64,000 bases of DNA from assembly GCA_034432775.1 (NCBI GenBank), contig DAOUBH010000021.1:5396-69395 (forward strand). Reading direction: 5' to 3'. Each line of letters starts with the position of its first letter. Position 1 is the stretch's first letter. Of the stretch, positions 37,163 through 46,396 are shown piece after piece. Made by a program: the position numbers and the translations under genes. The DNA comes from Chloroflexota bacterium (GTDB taxonomy: Bacteria; Chloroflexota; Chloroflexia; DAOUBH01). The notes below the pieces were generated by a model. That model was not told the origin of the DNA, made no database searches, and worked only from the letters and a program-made list of their open reading frames with translations.

Positions 37163-38392
37163 TCACTTGCTCCCCACAGACACACTCTTTACTTGTACAA
37201 ATCTATCACCCTTAACCTGGAACATGAAGATGGTGCCTCCGGCAAGGTTACCCTCTTGCGTAAAGGTGATGGGTATGCCCAAGATGCTCTGATAGTCTTT
37301 TGTTCCGTGTACAGCTTCGAGCACAGCTTTGCGGTCAACCTTTCCGTCTTGAAGCCCTGCCTTCTTTATCCCTTCCAGGAGAATATTCAGGGCAACGTAC
37401 GTCTGGGCGGCAAAGGTTCCTGGATCAGACCCGAACCTCGACTTGTATGCAGTGACGAACTCCTTGGCCTGCGGAACAGACTGAATGTCGGGACCAATAA
37501 AGGACACATAGGCTCCCTCTGTCGCACCTTCTGCCCCCTGAATGAAACCCCTGACATCGTATAGCCCGTCGCCGCCAACCTGGGTTGCTCGCACACCGAG
37601 GCTTCTCTTCTGCTTGGCCAAGGCTGCCGCTTGATCGGAAGATGTGATGAAGGTAAACAATATATCAGGATCGTCGGCCTTTACCTTCGTCAGAAGCGCT
37701 GAAAAGTCCTTGTCTTCGGGTGTTATGCTGTACCGCTGTATTTTGGTTATCCCGAGGTCTTTCAGCGTCTTCTCCACCTGATCGCCCAGCCCGACAGCGT
37801 AGGTGCTCTTGTCGTCCACGATGTCCACGGACTTGGCTCCTAGGTCCTTGACCACAAAGTTGGCTAGGGCAGGACCCTGGTCTGCATCGGTGGGGCACAC
37901 CCTGTGGAAGGTCTTAAAGCCCTTCTTGGCCAGATCGGGATTAGTTGCTGACGGTGTGATTAGTACCAAGCTTGCCCGCTCCAAGATAGGAAGCACGCTG
38001 TTAGTTGCGCCCGAGGTCATAGGACCGATTACACCTACCACGCTGGGATCAGAGACAAACTTCTCTGCTACCCGGGCTGCTTGCGCGGGATCGGCCTGAT
38101 CGTCGCCCTCTACAATCTCGATCTGCACGCCGTATAGCCCGCCCTTCTTGTTCCATTCGTCTACAGCAAGCTTGGCGGCGTTCAAGAAGTCTTGGCCGTA
38201 GGTCGCGAGCTGGCCGGAAAAGGGGCCCTCGACACCAATCTTGATTGGACCCGCAGCCTTAGGTGGCTGGGTGGGTGCAGGCGATGATGCCGTCGCTGGG
38301 GATTGAGTGGCCAAAGGCGTTGGTGTAGCTGCCGGTACACAGGCACTGAGTGCTACAAGGGCCGCGACTATCGATGCGATCTTGAGCCTCAC
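37163..38392 (-). CDS. LIV-family ABC transporter substrate-binding lipoprotein (LivK-like)
   Basis: Lipobox LSACVPAA, Pro/Ala/Thr tether, and a PBP type I fold (VVGVIGPMTSGATNSVLPIL). Confidence 0.8.
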   Translation of the reverse strand: MRLKIASIVAALVALSACVPAATPTPLATQSPATASSPAPTQPPKAAGPIKIGVEGPFSGQLATYGQDFLNAAKLAVDEWNKKGGLYGVQIEIVEGDDQADPAQAARVAEKFVSDPSVVGVIGPMTSGATNSVLPILERASLVLITPSATNPDLAKKGFKTFHRVCPTDADQGPALANFVVKDLGAKSVDIVDDKSTYAVGLGDQVEKTLKDLGITKIQRYSITPEDKDFSALLTKVKADDPDILFTFITSSDQAAALAKQKRSLGVRATQVGGDGLYDVRGFIQGAEGATEGAYVSFIGPDIQSVPQAKEFVTAYKSRFGSDPGTFAAQTYVALNILLEGIKKAGLQDGKVDRKAVLEAVHGTKDYQSILGIPITFTQEGNLAGGTIFMFQVKGDRFVQVKSVSVGSK

Positions 38393-38520
38393 TGTTCCCT
38401 CCTGAAAATATAGAATTTAGAGTTTGCTGTAGGAGCGTGGACCTTGACGGCAACTCCTAGCCGCCGGGTGTCCCGATTATAGCAGTGCGTTTCGCATTTG
38501 GCAACGGGGTTTCGAAAATT

Positions 38521-39723
38521 CTAATGGCTTAGCAATAGGTGCCTGTGCTGTTCGATAGCCTCAAAGGTACGTTCCACATCGTCGGCACGATTATAGAAGT
38601 GAAAGGATATGCGAAGTCCGTTGTCCCGGGACGATGCAATGATGCCGGCATCGCGGAGTCTCGTCACCAGCTGGCCAGCATCTCTGCATTGGAGGACCAC
38701 GAGAGGTCCCCTCTGGTCGGGATCTGCCGGTGTCTTGAGGGGGAGACCGCGTTCCAACGCCGTTTTCACGGCTTGGTCGGCAAGGTCACAGATGCGTTGA
38801 TAGGCATCATGGGAGATTTCCAGTAACATCTGTAACGAGGCTGCTGCCGCAAAGGCTGATGGGATTGACGGGGTGCCAGCTTCGAAACGACGGGCGTCAT
38901 GGGCGTACTGGAACTGAAACAAATCGAAGGCCGAAGCATCCCCTTGCATCCGCAGCTCTCCGGCAGTCTGCTGGAAACCCGTGATCAGCTTGTCATGAGC
39001 GAACCAGCCGATATCTACCGGCTCTAATATCGGGATCAGGTCGCGGCGCACATAGAGGAACGCAATACCTTGCGATCCCAGAAGGTATTTCAGGGCACCG
39101 GTTACTAGCACATCTACGTCAGCCTGCTTCACGTTAATTGGGAGAGCTCCACTGGCTTGATAGTCATCTAGGATCACCATGGCACCTTTAGCGTGCGCAA
39201 TCCGCGCTATATCTGGCACCGGAAGTTTGTAGCCAGTCTTGTAGCAGACTCTTGTTATCTGCACTGCCAGTGTCCTCTCGTCGATGGCACGGTCCAGCTC
39301 TTCGAGATCGATGGTGCCCTCCGGGGTCGATCTCACAAACTGAAGCCGGGCACCTCGCCTCTGCTGGGCCTGCCAAATGAACGCCACGGTAGGAAACTCG
39401 AGGTCCGTCAGAACGACCTTGTCCCGTCCACTGTTGTAGTTCATTGCTGAGACCAGGGCGTGGAGCCCGCTGGATACCGACGGAACTACGGCGATCTCGT
39501 CGGATGAGGCTCCCACAAGCGCCGCAAAGTTCCGACGGGCGCGCTCGACCCTGCCTATCCATATCTCTTCCCACGGGGAACCATAGTTGTCCCATGACGA
39601 TATGTATTCCTCAAGGGCGTGGCGAACCCGTAAGCTTAATGCACCCTGGGAGCAGCTGTTCAGATAAATAGCGCGCGTGAATATGGGGAACTCGGCCCTC
39701 GATGAGTCGATGTCTTTGGCCAC
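38521..39723 (-). CDS. aminotransferase class V-fold PLP-dependent enzyme
   Basis: 400 aa. The N-terminal region FPIFTRAIYLNSCSQGALS is typical of the class V (cysteine desulfurase/isopenicillin N epimerase-like) fold. Confidence 0.7.
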   Translation of the reverse strand: MAKDIDSSRAEFPIFTRAIYLNSCSQGALSLRVRHALEEYISSWDNYGSPWEEIWIGRVERARRNFAALVGASSDEIAVVPSVSSGLHALVSAMNYNSGRDKVVLTDLEFPTVAFIWQAQQRRGARLQFVRSTPEGTIDLEELDRAIDERTLAVQITRVCYKTGYKLPVPDIARIAHAKGAMVILDDYQASGALPINVKQADVDVLVTGALKYLLGSQGIAFLYVRRDLIPILEPVDIGWFAHDKLITGFQQTAGELRMQGDASAFDLFQFQYAHDARRFEAGTPSIPSAFAAAASLQMLLEISHDAYQRICDLADQAVKTALERGLPLKTPADPDQRGPLVVLQCRDAGQLVTRLRDAGIIASSRDNGLRISFHFYNRADDVERTFEAIEQHRHLLLSH

Positions 39724-39782
39724 ACGGACCTCCTCTGAGGCTATGATTGTGTGGATAATAACACATGACCTGAGGTGCTACG

Positions 39783-40730
39783 GTGCAGCGGGTACTGGTC
39801 TGCGGCGGCGGTGCTATCGGATCCCTGTTTGCCTGCCTATTTGCCAAAGCGGGATTCGAAGTTGTCGTCCTTGAGAGAGACCGGCACAGGCTTGAGCAAC
39901 TGAGGAGTCGAGGCCTGGAGTGTCAGGTGGAGGGCCACCTACATACCTTTACTCCCCTGGTGGTGGAGAGTGAGCCCCCTACAAACGCACGTCTGATATT
40001 ATTAGCAGTGAAGTCATATGCTACGGAAGCTGTCACTCCAGACATAGTCCCTCTGGCCCGCCACGGAGTGCCAGTAATTTCCTTACAGAATGGCTTCTTA
40101 GGCCTCCAGCAACTCCGTCAGCGATGTGCATCCGGTCGTTTCGTTCAAGCTGCCACCGAACTAGGCGCCCGAAGGACTGCTGACGGAATCGTCATCCAGG
40201 AGGCTAGTGGCAAGACCTACCTGTGCGGCACCTCAGAGGACCTCTGCGAGGTAGCTGAGCTTTTCGCTCAAGCTGGCATTGCAACCCTTATTGGCCCTCC
40301 TGCCTGCCTGGCACTTTGGAAGAAGTTTGCCCTCATATGCAGTGTGGCTACAGTCTGTGCCCTTCTAGGTGTGACTGTAGGAGAGGTTCTGGATAACCCG
40401 GACGCTCTGGCCCTTTCCAGCGAACTGAATGAAGAGGTCTGCCAGCTGGCTAGGGCCATGGGGGTCGAGCTCCAGTCCGAGGAGGCATGGTCTTATATAG
40501 AGGCGGTAGCTGGCCACGCCCGCGATCACATTCCCTCCCTACTGGCCGACGTATTGGTAGGCCGGCTCACGGAGGTCGATGCGCTGTGCGGGTATGTCTC
40601 GGCACAGTCTCATTCTCTGGGGCTGCGAGCACCGACGTCGACTTTGGTCTATCGGTTGTTGAAGGCCTCCGAAGGTCTGTACCACCGACGGATAATACCA
40701 GCTACGGGAAGGAAGTTGTCACTTTTCTAA
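39783..40730 (+). CDS. panE: 2-dehydropantoate 2-reductase (ketopantoate reductase, PanE/ApbA family)
   Basis: N-terminal Rossmann VLVCGGGAIGSLFA. ~315 aa. GTG start. Confidence 0.75.
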   Translation: MQRVLVCGGGAIGSLFACLFAKAGFEVVVLERDRHRLEQLRSRGLECQVEGHLHTFTPLVVESEPPTNARLILLAVKSYATEAVTPDIVPLARHGVPVISLQNGFLGLQQLRQRCASGRFVQAATELGARRTADGIVIQEASGKTYLCGTSEDLCEVAELFAQAGIATLIGPPACLALWKKFALICSVATVCALLGVTVGEVLDNPDALALSSELNEEVCQLARAMGVELQSEEAWSYIEAVAGHARDHIPSLLADVLVGRLTEVDALCGYVSAQSHSLGLRAPTSTLVYRLLKASEGLYHRRIIPATGRKLSLF

Positions 40731-40744
40731 CGGACTCAAAAATA

Positions 40745-40775
40745 TTGACATTTAACCCTCCCTGAGTGCTATAAT
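40745..40775 (+). promoter_or_regulatory. sigma-70-like promoter (TTGACA-19 nt-TATAAT) upstream of the SBP gene
   Basis: Perfect consensus hexamers TTGACA (40745-40750) and TATAAT (40770-40775). The 19-nt spacing is slightly long. Confidence 0.4.
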
Positions 40776-40861
40776 GGGCCTACATCTGTCGGCGATCGCT
40801 GCGGTCGCGGGATGTGGCATAAGACGGTTCCCCGAGTCATACTTGAAGGGAGGCGCATATT

Positions 40862-42010
40862 ATGGATAGCGAAAAGAGGCTTTCACGTCGCAGGTTTCTT
40901 AAGGATGTAGCCAAGGCTGGACTCGGTGTGGCTGCGGGTGCGGTTGCTCTGGACGTCCTGGCGGCCTGTGCCCCGGCCGCATCGCCGACGCCTGCACCGA
41001 CGACAGCCCCTGGCGCAACGGCGGCGCCCACAGCAGCCCCCACGGTGATCCCAACGGCCAAGACTGCCCTCAAAGTGCGGATGGCCATAGTGCCTGGCTC
41101 TCAGACACTTTGGCGCTATTTGGCAGCAAAAAACGAGGAGCTTTTCAAGCCCTTGGGCTATGATGTGGAATTCCGGAACATGACCGACGAAGCGGCCCAG
41201 CGTACTGCATTCCTCACTGGGGATATCGATGTCATGACGGCGAACGTGCCCGTGGTCCCCTCACTAAAGGAGCAAGCTGGGCCGGTGCAGTTTTTCCTTC
41301 CCTTCGCGTGGGCTCAGGAAGGTTATCTTTGGTTTGTAAAGAAGGACTCTCCTATACAGACTGTAGCCGACATGAAGGGCAAGAAGGTGGCTTGCTTCGA
41401 TCTGAATCACCCGGGCCAGGCTTACTGGAGGGCTCTCCTCTTAGAGAACTACGGGCTGAGGCTCGAGAAGGATTTTGACCTGATCATATCCAACAACCCG
41501 GGTCAGGCTGTGGATGTTGGCCAGGCGGAGGTGGGGATCACAGCATCTTGGGACTGGGCAAAGCGTAAGGAGACAGGCAACTATAGAGCTATATCCACCG
41601 TTGCCGATGAATGGAAGAAAGTAGTAAAAGACGATGTGCAGATCATCCTGGGCGGTGCTCTGGCCAAAACTGAATGGATACAGAAGAATAAGAAGTTCGT
41701 GGATGACTACATTAAGATAGCCTACGAGGCCCTTAAGGTCTACAAGACCAATAAGGAAGCCTTTATGAAGGTGGTGGTCGAGTACACGGGTAATGGGACG
41801 GCCCCCAAGTATGCGCCAGGGCAGGCCGAGTTCATAGCCTGGTACCTGGGGATGGATGCGAATCCACCTGAAAGGATCTATTTAAGTCAACGGGATGTAG
41901 AGGATCACAAGAAGCTATTCCCCATGCTGTTCAGGTGCGGATATCTTAAATCCGAGCCATCTCCGCAGGACGTAGAGGCCATGTTCTATATGTCGAAACC
42001 CCAGGCCTAA
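40862..42010 (+). CDS. NitT/TauT-family ABC transporter substrate-binding protein (NMT1/THI5-like, SsuA/ThiY-type) with Tat signal
   Basis: Twin-arginine motif SRRRFLKD. Lipobox LAACAPAA plus Pro/Ala/Thr tether. NMT1-like fold. Confidence 0.75.
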   Translation: MDSEKRLSRRRFLKDVAKAGLGVAAGAVALDVLAACAPAASPTPAPTTAPGATAAPTAAPTVIPTAKTALKVRMAIVPGSQTLWRYLAAKNEELFKPLGYDVEFRNMTDEAAQRTAFLTGDIDVMTANVPVVPSLKEQAGPVQFFLPFAWAQEGYLWFVKKDSPIQTVADMKGKKVACFDLNHPGQAYWRALLLENYGLRLEKDFDLIISNNPGQAVDVGQAEVGITASWDWAKRKETGNYRAISTVADEWKKVVKDDVQIILGGALAKTEWIQKNKKFVDDYIKIAYEALKVYKTNKEAFMKVVVEYTGNGTAPKYAPGQAEFIAWYLGMDANPPERIYLSQRDVEDHKKLFPMLFRCGYLKSEPSPQDVEAMFYMSKPQA

Positions 42011-42024
42011 GGGAGGTGCATCCA

Positions 42025-42855
42025 GTGGCCGAGCCGAAGGCCACTACAAAGAGGGTCGAGGGGAAGGTCAGCCCCTCGACCCCGACCCGGTTTGGATTGG
42101 AATTGGACAGGCTGCTACCCTTCGTGCCTATCCTGGCTATCTTTGTCCTCTGGTACGTGGGCGGGCTGTTCTATGACGTCTACGTACTGCCCGATCCATT
42201 TGAGACCCTTGCGGCATTATCGGCCCTTATTCGAACCGGCATTTTCGTGGCCACTTTAGGGGCAACCTTCTACCATGTGCTGGCAAGCTTTGGGCTCTCG
42301 GTAGCAGCGGGCGTGATGGTAGGCATCCTGATGGGCCGGATCAGGCTGGCAGAACTGTTCGGAAAGAACCTGATGCCGATCTTACAGACTGTGCCTGGAC
42401 TGGTTTTGGTCACCATCTCCATCATCATTTTCAAATTTACTGACTTCGGCATAATCTTCGTCGGCTTCATCTTCGGCCTACCTAATATGGTCATTGGTGT
42501 CTGGCAGGGCACTAAGAACGTAGACGCCAATCTCATTGAGATGGCTCGAGTTTATGGTCATGTCGAACGCTCCATTATGAGGCGGGTTGTACTTCCGGGC
42601 GTGCTCCCCGATGTGATATCTGCAATGCGGGTTACTATGGGCATACTGTGGCACGTGGTCCTCTTCGCCGAATTCATAATGGGGCAGAGCGGCTTTGGCA
42701 GGCAAATCGCCAACTCTCTAGCCATGTTCGAGTATCCGGATATCTTTGCTTGGGGTCTGTCGGTAGTGGTCATCATGGTGCTCCTCGAGTATGGCTTTTT
42801 CCGACCCATTGAGCGAAAGCTTATGGCCTGGAAAAAGCGAGCGGCCATGTTGTGA
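42025..42855 (+). CDS. NitT/TauT-family ABC transporter permease (SsuC/TauC-like)
   Basis: Six TM helices, BPD_transp_1 fold. GTG start 7 nt after a GGGAGGTG RBS. Confidence 0.75.
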   Translation: MAEPKATTKRVEGKVSPSTPTRFGLELDRLLPFVPILAIFVLWYVGGLFYDVYVLPDPFETLAALSALIRTGIFVATLGATFYHVLASFGLSVAAGVMVGILMGRIRLAELFGKNLMPILQTVPGLVLVTISIIIFKFTDFGIIFVGFIFGLPNMVIGVWQGTKNVDANLIEMARVYGHVERSIMRRVVLPGVLPDVISAMRVTMGILWHVVLFAEFIMGQSGFGRQIANSLAMFEYPDIFAWGLSVVVIMVLLEYGFFRPIERKLMAWKKRAAML

Positions 42856-43649
42856 GGTGTCGCGTGTCTGACACTGTGCTTGAAGTAAGGAGCTTAAAGA
42901 AGGTATTTGAGTTAAAAGGGGGCCAGCGCCTGGAGGCTGTGGCCGATGTCAGCTTTCGGGTCGTCCGAGGCGAAATCGTGAGCATCATCGGACCGTCGGG
43001 TTGCGGCAAGTCCACCCTGCTGAATATGCTTGCAAAGTTACTTGCTCCCACCCATGGAGAAATTCTGTACTATGGAGACGACGGCGATTTCCGCATTGGT
43101 TATGTGTTTCAGGAAAGCAGGCTTCTGCCCTGGCTGACTGTGCTTGGGAACGTGGTTTTCGGGCTCGATGGCTGTTATCCCGAGATGTCACGTCGGGAAA
43201 AGGAGCGGGTGGCCGCTGAGTACATCGAGCTGGTAGGACTCAAGGGCTTCGAAGACAAGTATCCCTATCAGATCTCAGGCGGCATGCAGCAGCGCGTCGC
43301 TGTTGCGAGGGCCCTTGCCATAAACCCCAGCATTCTCCTCCTCGATGAACCTTTTGGCGCCCTCGACGCCCTCACCAGGGCCTATTTACAGGAAGAGCTG
43401 GTGGGCATCGTCAGCAGTGCTCAGAAGACCGTAGTACTTATAACTCACGATATAGACGAGGCTTGCCTGTTGGGCGACAAGGTTCTAGTCATGACCCACA
43501 GGCCAGGCCGGATCCGAGAGAGTATCCCCCTTCACTTTCCGAGACCACGCAAGCTGGCAGAACTAGCTCTCCTCGATGAATACCACCAGGTGAAGCATCA
43601 TCTCCTTTCCCTCTTAAGAGGCGAAGTTTCAGAGGCTCTAGCCGGATAG
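42852..43649 (+). CDS. NitT/TauT-family ABC transporter ATP-binding protein (SsuB/TauB-like)
   Basis: Walker A GPSGCGKST. Signature ISGGMQQRVAVARAL. Walker B LLLDEPFGALD. Confidence 0.85.
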   Translation: MRCRVSDTVLEVRSLKKVFELKGGQRLEAVADVSFRVVRGEIVSIIGPSGCGKSTLLNMLAKLLAPTHGEILYYGDDGDFRIGYVFQESRLLPWLTVLGNVVFGLDGCYPEMSRREKERVAAEYIELVGLKGFEDKYPYQISGGMQQRVAVARALAINPSILLLDEPFGALDALTRAYLQEELVGIVSSAQKTVVLITHDIDEACLLGDKVLVMTHRPGRIRESIPLHFPRPRKLAELALLDEYHQVKHHLLSLLRGEVSEALAG

Positions 43650-43702
43650 CCCAGAGTTTCCAATTGGGTGGTAAACTTTTCTCAGATTGGGGGAGAGACA
43701 CA

Positions 43703-45130
43703 ATGGATACGTCTCTCGTGCGTAGGTTGAAGCAGATCGTAGGACATGCCAATGTTCTGACTGATCCTGCATCGCTTCTAGCCTACGAGTTCGACGGGGG
43801 ATTTGACCGACATCCACCGGATGTAGTGGTGATACCTGCGTCCTCGCAACAGGTGCAAGAGGTCATTCGCCTGGCGCATGAGGCGCGTGTGCCTGTTGTG
43901 CCGAGAGGAGCTGGAACAGGTCTTGCCGGTGGGGCTGTAGCGGTAGCTGGAGGTATCGTGCTTGTCCTCACGAGGCTAAACCGTATCCTCCAGCTCGATC
44001 TAGCGAATGGTCGGGCGTTGGTCGAGCCCGGAGTTGTGAATCTGCAGCTGAACCTGGCCGTCCTCCCGCACGGATACTTCTACGCGCCGGATCCATCGAG
44101 CCAACGTGCCTGCACCATCGGAGGTAACATAGCCAACAACTCGGGGGGGCTACATTGCCTTGCCTATGGCGTGACCACTAACCACGTGCTGGCTCTCGAA
44201 GTAGTTTTGCCTGATGGCTCCGTTATTTGGACCGGTGACGACCTTGGCGGACACACGGGATACGACATTACCGGTGTTCTCGTCGGTTCCGAAGGTACCA
44301 TGGGCATCGTAACGAGGGCTTGGTTGAAACTTACCAGGCTTCCAGAAGACGCTCAACTGGTATTGAGCCTTTTCCCGGAACCTGCAGCCGCTGGTGCCGC
44401 AATTTCGTCTATAGTGGCCGCCGGTATGGTGCCGGCGGCGCTGGAGTTTATGGACGGGCTGACTTGCCGGGCTGTAGAAACCACGTTCAAACTCGGATTT
44501 CCAGAAAAGGTCGGGGCAGCCGTTCTAGCTGAACTCGATGGCCTTCGGGAGTCAGCGGAAGAGCAAGCCCAATCGGCATCCCAGATCTGTCGTCAGCACG
44601 GTGCTTTAGAGGTGCGCAGTGCTGCCACTGAAGCGGAGAAAGCACGATTGTGGGCCGCGCGCAAGGGTGCACTGGGGGCAATGGGCCGGATTGCTCCCAA
44701 TTATTACCTCATCGATACGGTGGTCCCAAGGAGTAAACTCACGGACGCCCTGGACTCCATCTACTCCATATCGGCCGAATACGACATGCCTATCACCAAT
44801 GTGGCACATGCTGGCGATGGAAATCTCCATCCCTTGGTGCTTTTCGATCAGCGATCGACTGACCAGCTGGACCGCACCATGCGATCGGCCAGGGAGATTG
44901 TCGCTGAGTGCGTCAGACTGGGCGGTACCCTTACGGGTGAGCACGGCGTCGGTTTCGAAAAGAGGGACTTCATGCCCCTGGTTTTCTCCGATTCGGATCT
45001 CCGGGCCATGGCACGGGTCAGGAACTGCTTTGATCCCCTCAATCTGCTTAATCCGCAGAAGGTGTTCCCTACCGGTTTTAGCTGTGGCGAGGTCAGGGAT
45101 CTGCAGGCAACTGGCCTTCAAGTGGTGTGA
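43703..45130 (+). CDS. glcD: glycolate oxidase subunit GlcD (FAD-binding oxidase)
   Basis: FAD_binding_4 domain (VVPRGAGTGLAGGAV) with a C-terminal FAD-oxidase domain. RBS GGGGGAGAG. Confidence 0.85.
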   Translation: MDTSLVRRLKQIVGHANVLTDPASLLAYEFDGGFDRHPPDVVVIPASSQQVQEVIRLAHEARVPVVPRGAGTGLAGGAVAVAGGIVLVLTRLNRILQLDLANGRALVEPGVVNLQLNLAVLPHGYFYAPDPSSQRACTIGGNIANNSGGLHCLAYGVTTNHVLALEVVLPDGSVIWTGDDLGGHTGYDITGVLVGSEGTMGIVTRAWLKLTRLPEDAQLVLSLFPEPAAAGAAISSIVAAGMVPAALEFMDGLTCRAVETTFKLGFPEKVGAAVLAELDGLRESAEEQAQSASQICRQHGALEVRSAATEAEKARLWAARKGALGAMGRIAPNYYLIDTVVPRSKLTDALDSIYSISAEYDMPITNVAHAGDGNLHPLVLFDQRSTDQLDRTMRSAREIVAECVRLGGTLTGEHGVGFEKRDFMPLVFSDSDLRAMARVRNCFDPLNLLNPQKVFPTGFSCGEVRDLQATGLQVV

Positions 45131-45136
45131 CGCGTA

Positions 45137-46396
45137 ATGGAACAAAAGGACGACGGCCTCTTAAGCATTCGTGGGACGTTCCCGTCTCAGGTGGTCAGCC
45201 CCAAGAGTTTTGAAGAACTCAAGGCGATCGTTGGCTCTGCGCTAGAAAACAATCTCGCTTTGGTTCCAGTTGGGGGCGGCACTCTCCTCTCCATGGGTTT
45301 CAGACCTCGTCGAAGCGACATGGCCATACTCCTTACTGAGCTAAAGGGGCCTATCGAATATCATCCCCCTGACTTTACATGTTCCCTGGCTAGCGGAACA
45401 ACCCTAAGCGAAGTGGAACGCACCTTGGCCGCCAATGGTCAGATGCTGCCTTTGGATGCACCTTTTCCCGAGAGAGCCACGGTAGGCGGCACGCTAGCTA
45501 CGGGCTGGATCGGGCACCGGGCGGCACGCTTTGGAAGCGCGAGAGACCTTTGCATTGGCCTGAAGGTCCTAATAGGCACAGGCGAAGAGGTAAAGTCAGG
45601 CGGCATGGTGGTAAAGAACGTTACCGGATATGATCTGACCAAGTTGCACATCGGTGCGCTCGGTACCCTCGGGATCATCGAGTCGGCAAACTTTAAGTTG
45701 CTTCCGCTGCCTCCCAAGCAGTTCACGGTCTATAGTGTGTTCCGCACTGTCGAGGATGCAGTAAAAGCTGCCCTTGGTCTCTGGGAGTCTCCGGCGCGTT
45801 ATTCAGCTGTGGCCGTTCTGAGTCCGGATGTGCTGCAGGCGTATCGTGAGCAGGGATGGTGTACAGCTGCATTGTGGGAAGGCACACCTTCAGCTTCGTC
45901 TAGAGCCTTAGACCTGGCCGTTGCCGTGGTTACCGCTAGTGGTGGGAATGCGGGACAGCTGGACGTTGAGCTCTCGGGGCGGTTTTGGACTGAACTGAGG
46001 GACTGGCCTCTTCTGCGCGAGGGAAGTGGTTCCTGGGCTTCGGTTCGGCTTCGTGTCCGTCCCGCGGATGTCCTAAGGGCCGTTAATGACTTCACTCGAC
46101 TGGCTGATGAGTGCGGTCTCAAGAGTACTGCCGTTGTCCACCTGCCAGTTGGTATAGTTTATCTGAAGGTATTGGGCCGCGACGAAATTGGTGGCCAGTC
46201 TCCCATACATCGCTTCTTGGATGCCTTGGCCACCTGTGGCGCACGTATGGTAACGCTCGATTATGTGCCAGAAGGGGATTCGGAGCCTCCGATCTGGGGC
46301 CAAGATCCGCCTACCCTCAATATCATGAAGCGTATTAAACGGGCCCTGGACCCGAGAGGTCTTTTTAACCCAGGGAGGTACGTGGGGCGAATATGA
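45137..46396 (+). CDS. glcE: glycolate oxidase FAD-binding subunit GlcE
   Basis: FAD_binding_4-like (ALVPVGGGTLLSMG, VVKNVTGYDLTKLHIGALGTLG). Sits between glcD and glcF. Confidence 0.75.
   Translation: MEQKDDGLLSIRGTFPSQVVSPKSFEELKAIVGSALENNLALVPVGGGTLLSMGFRPRRSDMAILLTELKGPIEYHPPDFTCSLASGTTLSEVERTLAANGQMLPLDAPFPERATVGGTLATGWIGHRAARFGSARDLCIGLKVLIGTGEEVKSGGMVVKNVTGYDLTKLHIGALGTLGIIESANFKLLPLPPKQFTVYSVFRTVEDAVKAALGLWESPARYSAVAVLSPDVLQAYREQGWCTAALWEGTPSASSRALDLAVAVVTASGGNAGQLDVELSGRFWTELRDWPLLREGSGSWASVRLRVRPADVLRAVNDFTRLADECGLKSTAVVHLPVGIVYLKVLGRDEIGGQSPIHRFLDALATCGARMVTLDYVPEGDSEPPIWGQDPPTLNIMKRIKRALDPRGLFNPGRYVGRI

Noticed and set aside
40731-40861. TPP riboswitch upstream of the NMT1/ThiY-like transporter
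   Set aside because: The CUGAGA or GGGGUGC aptamer elements are absent. Only a sigma-70 promoter-like sequence is present.
44606-45145. Two ~175-aa ORFs (both strands) inside glcD
   Set aside because: They are out-of-frame or antisense to a full-length GlcD with intact FAD-binding motifs.
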